A stretch of DNA of 64,000 nt, from contig OX337231.1 of assembly GCA_946965045.2 (NCBI GenBank), forward strand, positions 186,001 through 250,000, in the 5' to 3' direction. Position numbers and translations under genes: made by a program. The notes below the pieces were generated by a model. The model saw only the letters and a list, made by a program, of their open reading frames with translations, was not told where the DNA came from and did not search any database. The first letter of the stretch is position 1. Each line of letters opens with the position of its first letter. Below, piece by piece: positions 53,987-63,771 of the stretch. The stretch comes from Epithemia pelagica (lineage: Eukaryota; Protista; Bacillariophyta).

Positions 53987-55039
53987 TGTAGATAGATGCT
54001 ATTGTCATGATGGACTGATTGTTCGTTCGAATGCAAAAAGATGAGGCCAGTTTGGGATCGTCCAAAATTCTAAAAAGAGAGATTAAAGTACGATTAATGT
54101 GCGATTGGGGGGTAATGTAGATATTAAGGAACGTATATTTTTTCCCGTTGAAACACGCCGGTCGATGTGCGGATCAGTCGGTGAGCCACAAATTTGGTGA
54201 AATTTTGGGGGGGCCATTTCGAACGTAAAATGCTCGACAAAACAAGATCGACAGGTGTTATTTTCTGTGTGATTTAGATTCTCCATGTTTTAAAATGTCT
54301 AAATGTATCGGACCATAACACTCAACGGCAATCGGTTTGGTCCGGAATGCCGTTGCAAGGGAGATGGTCGGATTTGGCCAAAAATATTTAACAATTTGGG
54401 GTTTGGGGGTTCAGTACAAATTGAGGCTATAGTGATTGTGTCTCTTTCTGAGGGAAATTCTGGTCGCTTTTGAGGGACGTCAGCATGGATTGATACAGCA
54501 GTGCTCGTATTTGAATCTTTGTGACAAGATCTATAGATATACTCCTACTAGAGACAAAAGCTATCTTAGCTACCGTTTGACTAATTCCATTCAAAGAAGT
54601 CAACCCTTGGTCAAAATCAGGTCACGTCAAGTCAGACTTGGGCCGGTGACGTGATCCTTGGGCACACCGACTGTCAAACACTGCTCGGAAATAGAGACAC
54701 GTCGTACCTTCTGTCGTAACAATGTCTCTTTCCGTTTCACAAAAGCGACCAACAATTTTTTACGCGACTTAATCTGCAAAAGCATTCGCTTCAGAGTCGC
54801 TTGAGATGGATTCGACAAGAACACGTCATTCGCAACAACAATGCAAAACAGCATACAAAAAAAGGATTCTCGACATCATCCTCCATCATCAACGTACAAC
54901 AGAAAAAGATCTCATTCTCCCTGCCACCTCTGTGCATAGACAAAAGCAAAAGAGAGCGCAAGAGATTGAGAGAGAAAAGGTCGACAATTATTGGTTTGTT
55001 ACCACAACATTCGTTCGAGCCATTTGCCGCCCGTCCATC

Positions 55040-56899
55040 ATGCCATTCTCCTCTTCTTCCCAGTTGTCATCCTCCTGGATGACCAGCACACTAATGGCCA
55101 CGGCCACCATGGCCGTGGTGGCCACCACTGGGGTGATATGGACCTGGTATTCGTCGTCGTCTTCGTCTCCAAACAATGAGGACAACAAGGACGACATTAC
55201 CACCGCCAAAAAGCTCAAGGGCGTCGTTCCCGCTGGTCTGCCGGCCATGGTCCCCTGGTACTTGTGTTGGCCCTTGGGGGGTCGGTGGATGTGGGAATTT
55301 CTCGCCTTGATTCGGGCCGGCGGTGTCCCCGGTATGGTGCGGCGGCGGCGCTATCAAACGAATCATCACCATTATACCTTTTCGATTCACTGTCTCAATT
55401 TTGTCAGCGCGATACCCAGCACGGTGCCCCGCATTGTCATTTCCCATTACGACGATGTCCAGACCGTCTTTGCCAAGCAACGCAAATTGGAATTGCCCCT
55501 CACCTTTCCGTCGTCCTTGACGCGCATTCATGGACGACACAATTTGCAAGAATTGTCCGGATCCAATCATGCCGTGATGCGCAAACTCTTTTCCAGTCTC
55601 TTGTCGCCCCGGGCCCTCGACGGATTTTTGCCCCACATTCTCGATACCTTTACCCGGTTTTGGCAGCACGTGTACACCGAAACGCAACAACAGAACAACA
55701 ACAAGGACACGACGAACGACAAGACGATTATTTTTCGCAACCACATTCGGCAATTTCAATTTGAATTAATGGCCAAGATCTTGTACGGCATGGATGTGGC
55801 CGAGGAACCCGACTTGGTCCATCGGTTGCAACGCAATTTTGAATTGGAAGATGCCGCCCTCTTTGCTCCCTTGACCTCGGCCACCTTTCGCGACGGCCTG
55901 GCGGCCAGTCAAGAAACGCGAGGCATTTTGTGGCAACGCTTTCAAACCATTTTGCAACAAGCCCAACAGGACCACAACAACAACAACAACAAGAACCAGA
56001 CGAACAAGAAAGCGTCTTCGTCCGACCAGGAATCCTTGCCGCCGATTGGCAATGCCTTTCAAGCCATTGCCCAAGCCGTGGTGGAAAGTGGCAAGGCCAC
56101 GGACGACGAAACCCTGTTGTCGGCCATTCAAGACAATTTGTTGCTCTTGCTGGAAGCGGCGCATGGGACCACCATGTACGTCACCACCACCATTTTGTAT
56201 TACTTGTTTCATCCCAATCATGCTGCCGCCCTCCAACGCGTTCGAAGCGAATGTCAGCACTTGATGGACAAGAACGACAAGACGGTACAGCCAACGGTCA
56301 GTGATCTCAAGGATGGGTTGCCCTTTTGCGACGCTGTCATTCAAGAAGCCCAACGCTTGTGTCCCATTGTTGGCTTGATTGTCTTGTACATGAGTGAGGG
56401 CAAGGTGATTGAACTTCCCAAACGACATTTACCAGCCAACCAGCAAAAGGACAACATGTGGAGGCTCGAGGGTCCCCTGGTACTCAAACTCATGTCGGAT
56501 CATTGGTATCGCGATGAACGGGCCTTTCCCAACGCGGACCAATTTTGTCCGCAACGATGGATGCCATGCAGCAACAAGCACTATCCCGACGATGGCCAGG
56601 ACATGACCGACTGGGCGCCCAGGACCTTTGCTCCCTTTGGCGGTGGAAACCACATTTGTTTGGGCATGCACTTGGCCAAACTCGTCCTCAAGGCCAATAT
56701 GTTGTGCCTGGTACAAGCCCGAGTGCCCAGTCCCAACAATACAGACTCGTCGTTGTGTTCCCTCAAGGTGGTCTACGATCCCCAAAAGGTCTTTGTCCAA
56801 AATGGAGTCTTTCCCCAATTTGAAATCAAGGACGGCATGCCCTGTCAAGTTGTGGCCGACGAAGAAGCATCTAAGGAAGAACCAACCAAAAAATCATAA
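55040..56899 (+). CDS. Cytochrome P450, membrane anchored
   Basis: ATG at 55040 with TM anchor. K-helix EAQR (ExxR), FCPQRW (PERF-like) and heme motif FAPFGGGNHICLG. Confidence 0.92.
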   Translation: MPFSSSSQLSSSWMTSTLMATATMAVVATTGVIWTWYSSSSSSPNNEDNKDDITTAKKLKGVVPAGLPAMVPWYLCWPLGGRWMWEFLALIRAGGVPGMVRRRRYQTNHHHYTFSIHCLNFVSAIPSTVPRIVISHYDDVQTVFAKQRKLELPLTFPSSLTRIHGRHNLQELSGSNHAVMRKLFSSLLSPRALDGFLPHILDTFTRFWQHVYTETQQQNNNKDTTNDKTIIFRNHIRQFQFELMAKILYGMDVAEEPDLVHRLQRNFELEDAALFAPLTSATFRDGLAASQETRGILWQRFQTILQQAQQDHNNNNNKNQTNKKASSSDQESLPPIGNAFQAIAQAVVESGKATDDETLLSAIQDNLLLLLEAAHGTTMYVTTTILYYLFHPNHAAALQRVRSECQHLMDKNDKTVQPTVSDLKDGLPFCDAVIQEAQRLCPIVGLIVLYMSEGKVIELPKRHLPANQQKDNMWRLEGPLVLKLMSDHWYRDERAFPNADQFCPQRWMPCSNKHYPDDGQDMTDWAPRTFAPFGGGNHICLGMHLAKLVLKANMLCLVQARVPSPNNTDSSLCSLKVVYDPQKVFVQNGVFPQFEIKDGMPCQVVADEEASKEEPTKKS

Positions 56900-57831
56900 T
56901 CTAGTGTGTGTGGGAATGGTGTTTTGATGGCATGTCGAAACAAACAGTATGTGTTCACGGTGGCGACTGTGGCACACGTACATGGTTCATGATCCTTTCT
57001 CTCTCTCTTGTGTATTCCGAACGTGACATTCCAAATACAATGAATAGAAGAACAAACATATAGTTACATTTAACTATCCTAGTATTGCAAGCTCGGACGG
57101 TGATTCTCTGTCTAGGATAGTGGTGGTTTTCTCAACAGAACCACAGTCATTCCGAGAGTCTTTTGTGTCCGGAAGCCAATCGCGGTACAGTGGTTCGTCA
57201 GGCACCGATTCTTCTTGCTGTTTGGCTCTGAGAGAACAAGGGCACTCTCGACCGGCCATATCCTTGGGGGATGATTGCCATGGAATCAAGACGACATGGA
57301 TTCCATGCACTTTGATAAACAAGGCTGGAACGACCCCGTGATGGAAGAGTGACGACTCCTCAAGCATAATATATTGATTAGTCAAACCAAGCAACGACAA
57401 GGGGTGTGGACCAACAATCTGTCATCCAATGGCATGATCATCCTTTTCCAATTGATCAAATGGAGCCGCAATGAGTAACTATTCCTATCTACTCCTAGGA
57501 GCAGGAGTGCTGTTCGGAATAAAACTATGGAAACTATCCGCTTCCAGACTTTGGAACCGCGACTGGAGGTGCAGGCGACACACGCGAGGCGACCACCCGA
57601 GCAATCATCCAATGGTCACACAAAAAGGCAACGACCGTCCGTTGAATGCCGAAACTTTCCAGATTGGAAGACTGCTGGAATCGACTCCTACATCCCATAA
57701 TTCTTGTGTTGCTGCAGTCGGTCTGGTTCCAAAAAAAAAACGAGAGAAAGCCACAATATCAACCAACCAACGCAAAGCACGAGAGAGTGACTGGCTCTCC
57801 AGAGAGAGAACAAGAACAAGACAGAATCATC

Positions 57832-59466
57832 ATGTCACCACCCTCACTCGCTCCACAGTCACAACCACGACGATCCATTCAAGTATCCTTGTCACACCGA
57901 TGGCTGATTCGCAGTCTTCAACTGGCCGTTGGATTCCTCATTCTCGCCTGTTGGTATGCCAATCTTCAAACGTCGGTTCAGTTGAATACAAGTCTTTTAT
58001 CGGATTCGCAGCAGCATCGCAACGCCTTCTTGTTGTTGGAGGATACTACCAACAAGAACAAGAAGAACCACCAGATGCACGAGAACAAGGAACCCTTTTC
58101 ATCATCATTTCCAGTTGGGTCGAATGCCAAACCCCAAACCGAGGGCGACACCACCAACAAGAACAATACCAGCAAGAAGAACCGCACCAGCAGCAGCAAC
58201 CAAACCACAACCCCCATGCCTCAACACGATTCCAAGCTCTCCTTGGTAAAGCAGCAGCAGCAGCAACAACAACAACAACAACAACCGCCTGCGGCATGGC
58301 ACTCCTCCATTCCCAATGACCACAACCGCTCCAACGATAAGGACAAGGACGACGACCACCCTCCCAACACCCACAAGATCGACAATACCACCATTGCCAC
58401 CAGCAATACGAATTCGGTCCTAGAGTTTCGAGAATTTGAACGCCATGCCGGTGTCGTGATTGCCACCAAAATTCATGGACCGCAATACCTCATCTTGTTG
58501 CACCAATCCCTGTGTCTGTTGCATCAAGCCTACAACCATCGCGTCTTGTACGATATTGTTGTCTTTACCACCGAACCTTTGAATGCCACACAGATTGCCA
58601 CGACTCAAGCCTTGGTGGCACCCGCCAAACTCACGGTCGTGGTGGACAATCGCGGTTCCTTGCACGACGAAATTGCCGCCCTGACCCCCCTTCGACGGCA
58701 AAAATTTCTCGAGCGGTGCAATGTCACCAATCCCCAAAATTTGACGTGGTGGTCCGAGTGTCCGGGTCGCATTGCCTACAATTGGCAAGCAGAATTTCGG
58801 GCCTGGCACTTGTGGACGCATCCCGCATTGGCCGCGTACCAGACCATGCTGTGGATGGATACCGATGGCTTTTGTACGCGAGTTTGGAATCGCGATCCCG
58901 TGGCCGTCTTTTTGCAACACAATCTCACCATTTTGTTTGACAATTTTCCACGGGGCAAAGTCCAAGGTCCCGCCGTCCACAATCGCATTTACGACGCCTT
59001 TGAACAATCCGTCTGTCGCATTCGAGTTGTCAACGGGAAACTGGCCACGACGACGAAACGAAACCACCGAAACGCGTGTCCCCGTGCCCAATTGCATTCC
59101 ATTCATGGATTTTTTCATATCACCAATCTCAACTTTTATCGCAGTCCGGCTGTCCAACACTTTTTGGAAAGGTGGATTGGCGATTGCTTTTTGTGTCGGG
59201 AATTTGACGATCAAGCGGCCGTCACCTTGCCGGCCGCTGTTTGGACACCGCACTTGGCCTGGGATATGCGATGGCACAATGTGTCGCTCCAAGTCTTTCA
59301 CAATTACAAGCTCGATGGCAAAGATCAAGCGGTACCCGCGGGATTTCTCAAGTATTGGAAAACACATGGTCCCACCCAGTTTCCCCAAGCCTTTGTGGGT
59401 TCCACTAATGACACCAACAATCCGAACAACTGGATCAACAAGTGTCCCATTCTGGCGGGCGGATAA
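57832..59466 (+). CDS. Type II membrane glycosyltransferase, GT15 (KRE2/MNT1)-like
   Basis: N-terminal TM LAVGFLILACWYANL, low-complexity stem, then YNWQAEFR, HPALAAYQTMLWMDTD (DxD), GFFHITNLNFYRS and FDDQ. Confidence 0.6.
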   Translation: MSPPSLAPQSQPRRSIQVSLSHRWLIRSLQLAVGFLILACWYANLQTSVQLNTSLLSDSQQHRNAFLLLEDTTNKNKKNHQMHENKEPFSSSFPVGSNAKPQTEGDTTNKNNTSKKNRTSSSNQTTTPMPQHDSKLSLVKQQQQQQQQQQQPPAAWHSSIPNDHNRSNDKDKDDDHPPNTHKIDNTTIATSNTNSVLEFREFERHAGVVIATKIHGPQYLILLHQSLCLLHQAYNHRVLYDIVVFTTEPLNATQIATTQALVAPAKLTVVVDNRGSLHDEIAALTPLRRQKFLERCNVTNPQNLTWWSECPGRIAYNWQAEFRAWHLWTHPALAAYQTMLWMDTDGFCTRVWNRDPVAVFLQHNLTILFDNFPRGKVQGPAVHNRIYDAFEQSVCRIRVVNGKLATTTKRNHRNACPRAQLHSIHGFFHITNLNFYRSPAVQHFLERWIGDCFLCREFDDQAAVTLPAAVWTPHLAWDMRWHNVSLQVFHNYKLDGKDQAVPAGFLKYWKTHGPTQFPQAFVGSTNDTNNPNNWINKCPILAGG

Positions 59467-60503
59467 AAAACCCAGGACAATCCCTCATATATGGAATGGA
59501 ACACCAGAGAGAGCAACACACCGAAATCACCGCGTCCAGACGACAAACGAGGATTAGCATCCAGCAGTTGTCTCACTTTTGCTCCAGTCACAAGACAGAA
59601 GACGAGCTGGACTGAACTGGACTGGACTGTAATGAGACTAATACGTTTGTTCTCGTTCCTAGGGACGAAACAATGAAACAAGGAGGACAAAGGACTCTAC
59701 AAACTCTGGAAACGTTCGGTTCCCCACGTATAGAATACGCCCGCTGAATTGGGCAAGACGGAGATGAAGCCAAGGTCTCCTTCAAAACTCAACCCAATCA
59801 CAAAATAAGAATACGACAAAAAAGGTTGGGTTTCTGGAACATGTACAATGTGCCGTGCAATGATTCGACGTTGTTGTTGAGGAAAAGCATCACCTCTTGC
59901 CGGTGCGGTCTCTGCATCCAACTGGTATAGCCAATGTTTCCACAAGTTCTATGATATTCCATCTTCCTCATGTGCTTACGCTATACTCAATGGTCCTAGA
60001 TTGGCCTTGAAGTGCAAGCGAATGCTATAGTCATTGGTGACTACGGATAGCCCTGGTGGTGATGTTTTCCTTCCGTTAACTGGTTGCGTGCCAATCATCA
60101 TGAAAGACAATCCCGATGATCTAGAATACAACATGCAATTGTGAGTTTCCGGGCCATGCCCAACACAAAACAAGTTGCGGCGATCCATACGATTTCAAGC
60201 TGTAGAGGTGGCTGGTCTCCTGTTGACATCTGTTGTGTGCTTCTGCGAACTCATCCTTCTATTTTTAGTCTATATTCTTTCAGTATACTACTTGGATTCT
60301 TTTTTTTCCCATCTAAGATTCGAGCCAATATACAGCCCACATGTGGCTCCCATTGGGTCCAAGGAACAAACCACTCTCGTTCCATACACTATAGTACTAT
60401 ACCGACTACAAGAAGACGGAGAAACAAAAGGACAAGGGTTTTGTTTGGTAATGTCCGCAGACAAGGCTTCTTTGTCGTCCCTCTCACTGTTTGGAGGAGG
60501 GGT

Positions 60504-61382
60504 CTAAATTAACAAAAAGGATGGCAAAGAAGAATGGTGGCCATGTTTTTCTTCTGTAGCAGTGGATTCGTTGTTGTTTGTCGTCCTCGGAGGCAACCGT
60601 TGTTGCACTTCGGCTTGAAAGTGGTAGGGATCCTGAACGTTCAATCCATGACGAACAATACTGGGACGAGGGTGCAACGTCTCTTCCTCCTCCTCTTCTT
60701 CTGTCAATAATCGATCACAAACCAACACCACTTCATGATACTTCTGAAGGGGTGCCACCATGAATTGAGCCAAACGTTGGGAACCACACGAGTGCGAGGC
60801 CACGACTTTATTGAGAAACGTATCCGTTAAGACAGGAACCACCCGTACCTCTCGAATACTGGACAAGGGAACGCGAACATCACCACTTCTACTAAGAGTA
60901 GACTCATTTCTGTCATGAGCGAGACGGAGCGGTGGAACGACCACCGTTGGATCGTACCAGAGGTTGGTCTCATCCAAGGTAATGACGGGCGGTTGTTCCG
61001 TTACTTTGGCAAGTTTTTGACTATACTCGTGTCGCAGGCGTCCCAGACGGTACCAATAAGGAATGAAAAATACTGAAACAATCATCGTCAGGAGAATTCC
61101 AGTCGTCATCATGACACTGGCGAGACCGTCTCGATCGGTTTGGAAAGGTCGGTGGAATGCCATCCAACTACCACTGGTCAACAAGACGATACCCACCAAC
61201 CCCACCACGATAATTTTCCAGGCCGTTGCACGTTGCAGGGAATACAAGAGCAACGTCCAAGCCGTTGAATCGTAGCAAAAGGTGGTGGCGGCTTCTTTTG
61301 GTTGGAGTACGTCCTCCGGATTCCTGATGGACCTGTCGTCCTTTTTGTCGTTGTTGTTGTTTTGGACAAGGCTGTAAGTCAT
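60504..61382 (-). CDS. Hypothetical membrane protein with two TM helices
   Basis: 292-aa ATG-started ORF. Hydrophobic helices IIVVGLVGIVLLTSGSW and MMTTGILLTMIVSVFFIPYW, then a soluble beta-rich segment. Confidence 0.6.
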   Translation of the reverse strand: MTYSLVQNNNNDKKDDRSIRNPEDVLQPKEAATTFCYDSTAWTLLLYSLQRATAWKIIVVGLVGIVLLTSGSWMAFHRPFQTDRDGLASVMMTTGILLTMIVSVFFIPYWYRLGRLRHEYSQKLAKVTEQPPVITLDETNLWYDPTVVVPPLRLAHDRNESTLSRSGDVRVPLSSIREVRVVPVLTDTFLNKVVASHSCGSQRLAQFMVAPLQKYHEVVLVCDRLLTEEEEEEETLHPRPSIVRHGLNVQDPYHFQAEVQQRLPPRTTNNNESTATEEKHGHHSSLPSFLLI

Positions 61383-61594
61383 GTTGTCCTGTCGAATGCG
61401 AGTCTGTCTCTAGGACAACAGTGTCTTGTTGTGAACCTGTGTGTGTGTTGTCAATTTTATGGATCTTTGGCTCTGTGGTTGTGTGCGCGTGACGACATGA
61501 TGTTTTGATGTGGGGGGTTCTCTTCCAGAAACGGAACGAAATACAAACCTTTGTGCTTCCGGACTCGTTCCGAATGGCCTGCGCGCGTTTGAAG

Positions 61595-62020
61595 CAATCC
61601 GCCTGCCCTCGGCGAATTGCTTGCTAACGCTGCAGTCCTTTGGTAGCTTTAGGGAAAGACTCCGCTGGTTGGTTGTGGCTTCTGATGACTAGGAGTCATC
61701 GGGAGCCTGCCAACAGCGGAAACGCTGAGGGAGGGAGTGGTGGGACCAACAGCAAACTTGATAGAGATTGCGTTGCTCCAAAAACTCTGAGCTCCATGGC
61801 TGCTGTTGGCAGACTCCTAGACATAGCTAGTGATCTAGCTAGACTATGTGTAGCTACCTGAGTGTCCTGTCGCTGACGCACACAATCCGCCTGCCCTCGG
61901 CGAATTGCTTGCTAACGCTGCAGTCCTTTGGTAGCTTTAGGGAAAGACTCCGCTGGTTGGTTGTGGCTTCTGATGACTAGGAGTCATCGGGAGCCTGCCA
62001 ACAGCGGAAACGCTGAGGAG
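61595..62020. repeat. Two identical 138-bp direct repeats (period 288) with a partly inverted spacer; hairpin-rich
   Basis: 61595-61732 is identical to 61883-62020. Hairpins gatgact-agg-agtcatc, cagcg-gaaa-cgctg and cgcc-7nt-ggcg. Spacer 61802-61820 is complementary to repeat segments 61689-61697 and 61708-61717. Confidence 0.92.
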
Positions 62021-62173
62021 TAGATCATCGGGATCTAACCCTCGAGCGTCTGCACCACATGTCTTTGCCTTGACTAGCCACCACAGCTGACTGCGGAGTG
62101 TGAGGGAGTAGCCGATAGGACAATTGGAGGGCGTAGGACATGGGCACAAAGATACGGTTGCGGAAGAGGTGAG

Positions 62174-63178
62174 ATGAGTTCTGCAGCTCGGAGAACAGAA
62201 GAAAGCGAAACGACGGCTGAACAACTGGATCGTTTAAAAACAGTTGTCGAGGCACAACGCAAAGAATTGCACTGCGCTTTAGGAGGAGTGGATATCGCGC
62301 AAACAGAGCTGGATAAGACTCGCGTGTTGCACGCCCAAGAGCGTCAACATTTGGAAGACGTGCAAGGCGGGATACTTGCATCCAAAGAGGCGTCGGTGAT
62401 TCAGACGCAGAAAAACGTGCGAGAGTTGGTGGGCGACCATCAAGCGGAGATCGATCGACTAGTGACCCGTGTGTGTGAAACTTTTGCGGAGGAAGGAGGA
62501 GACGGGGAAGACTTCGTGGAAACGGTGTTTCGAAGAGCATCGCCAAGCAACAAGAAGGTCGTGGTGGCTCTAGAGCTGTTGTTTCCGCACCCGGAAGACC
62601 AAGAAGTCGTTTTCCACCAGATTTGTGGATTGGCCTTGGCTGGCGGACGGGAGAGGCCTTCTGCAGAGGAGGTTGTGGAACGAAAAGTGGCCGTTGTTCG
62701 TGAGTTGTTCGCACAGAACTCTGCCCGCCGTGGATTGCCTGTGCCAGTTCCCGGAGGGAGAGCCGCGACGGCTGCCGCAGCAGCCGACCGAAAAGATAAG
62801 AAACCCGAGGCGGGTAAAAAGAGGTCCGAAGGGAAAGGAACTGGTGAAGCGTTTTCGAAGCGCGAGAAGCGTTCTTTGGAAGAGTGGTTGGGCCAACCGG
62901 GTTTCAGTACCCTACCCAAGAAGCAGCGCAAAAGCAGTACCCCTGTGAAGAGGAGCGCGAGTGTTTCGCCCAAGGAGAAAGGCAAGGGGTCGATCAAGGA
63001 AACTCCCACGAGGGAGAAATCGATTAAGGAAACTCCTACGAGGGAGAATACGGCGACGAGGGAAAACACGGCGACAGAGGACGAGCCGTTGTCGGGGAAG
63101 AAACATTTACCGGAAGTGGTTGTCCTGTCTGGCGATTCGTCGGGACGCGCGTCGAAGTTGGAATCAGACAGTGAATGA
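62174..63178 (+). CDS. Hypothetical coiled-coil/basic protein, possibly a mobile-element ORF1
   Basis: 334-aa ORF with N-terminal heptads, K/R-rich C-terminus and short TRE(K/N) repeats. Its stop overlaps the next ATG (ATGA at 63175-63178). Confidence 0.55.
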   Translation: MSSAARRTEESETTAEQLDRLKTVVEAQRKELHCALGGVDIAQTELDKTRVLHAQERQHLEDVQGGILASKEASVIQTQKNVRELVGDHQAEIDRLVTRVCETFAEEGGDGEDFVETVFRRASPSNKKVVVALELLFPHPEDQEVVFHQICGLALAGGRERPSAEEVVERKVAVVRELFAQNSARRGLPVPVPGGRAATAAAAADRKDKKPEAGKKRSEGKGTGEAFSKREKRSLEEWLGQPGFSTLPKKQRKSSTPVKRSASVSPKEKGKGSIKETPTREKSIKETPTRENTATRENTATEDEPLSGKKHLPEVVVLSGDSSGRASKLESDSE

Positions 63179-63771
63179 AGATGGAGGAGATGGCCGAGTT
63201 GATTGAGGAGCTGGATCAGATGGCAGATAGGCAGGCCCAAATGGCCGAGATTATGGGAGAGTTGGGACGGATGGCCGAGAGGCAAGTGGAGATTTCTAGT
63301 CGATTGCTTGAATTGAAGGAATTGACGGAGAGGAGAGTGCAGCAGGCGATTAATGTGGTGGCGGCAGCGAACGCGGCTGTGGCCGACGGAGGAGGAGGGG
63401 GGGAGTGGGAGCCCTATGGAGTGGGCCCTACGGGCAGAGATGGAATGCGAGAGGGCACACCACGGGGCCGAGAGGAAGGGTCGACGGCCCGTGGAGGAAG
63501 ATGGGGCTGGCGAGTGGCAAGCAAAGGGGTGGGTGGACCGAGTCCCCGTGGACGTACGAGTCCACGAGCACAAGGTGGATTTCGGGGTCGGCGGGCGAGC
63601 CGTGGATCGGAGGAGCGTTTCAAAGTTGGGGAGCGGGTCCGGATTCGAAACCCAAACGATCCCGCTGACCCAACTGGGCGGGTGGTGAAGGTAACAGACG
63701 CACGTATCCACGTGGAGACCGACAATGGCGTGCGTTATTCTCGAGCGGACAAGAACATAGCGAGGATTTAA
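63175..63771 (+). CDS. Hypothetical protein: coiled coil + RG-rich region + KOW/SH3-like C-terminus
   Basis: 198-aa ORF ending FKVGERVRIRN...GRVVKVTDARIHVETDNG. Confidence 0.55.
   Translation: MKMEEMAELIEELDQMADRQAQMAEIMGELGRMAERQVEISSRLLELKELTERRVQQAINVVAAANAAVADGGGGGEWEPYGVGPTGRDGMREGTPRGREEGSTARGGRWGWRVASKGVGGPSPRGRTSPRAQGGFRGRRASRGSEERFKVGERVRIRNPNDPADPTGRVVKVTDARIHVETDNGVRYSRADKNIARI

Larger units (their letters stand above)
48201..54511. mobile_element. ~6.3-kb TIR DNA transposon with RAG1/Transib-like transposase and a convergent second ORF
   Basis: Inverted termini aatacgagcactcgtgtatcaat (48201-48223) and attgatacagcagtgctcgtatt (54489-54511) match at 21/23. They enclose exactly two tail-to-tail genes. 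The flanks fit a TA duplication (aaTA|cgag...ctcg|TAtt). Confidence 0.8.

Noticed and set aside
48209-54503. Alternative element ends at CAC...GTG with a 5-bp TSD (classical Transib/RAG)
   Set aside because: The flanking 5-mers (acgag / ctcgt) are inverted rather than direct repeats, so they belong to the TIR. No 5-bp TSD was found.
54806-55039. 78-aa N-terminal extension of the P450 ORF
   Set aside because: Falls in the duplicated upstream non-coding block; ATG 55040 gives a normal membrane anchor.
59700-60480. Fragmented short ORFs between convergent genes
   Set aside because: Stops in all frames and no recognisable motif.
61682-61722. Hammerhead-like CUGAUGA...GAAA, and an HDV-like P3/L3 near 61600
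   Set aside because: Stem II does not close next to GAAA and no P2 pseudoknot was found; the motifs are absorbed in other hairpins.
61595-62020. CRISPR array or paired LTRs
   Set aside because: Only two 138-bp units 150 nt apart, no cas genes, no TG...CA ends and no internal coding region.
62440-63711. 423-aa minus-strand ORF
   Set aside because: Probably an antisense shadow of the G/A-rich plus-strand ORFs; Ser/Pro/Phe-rich with no motif.
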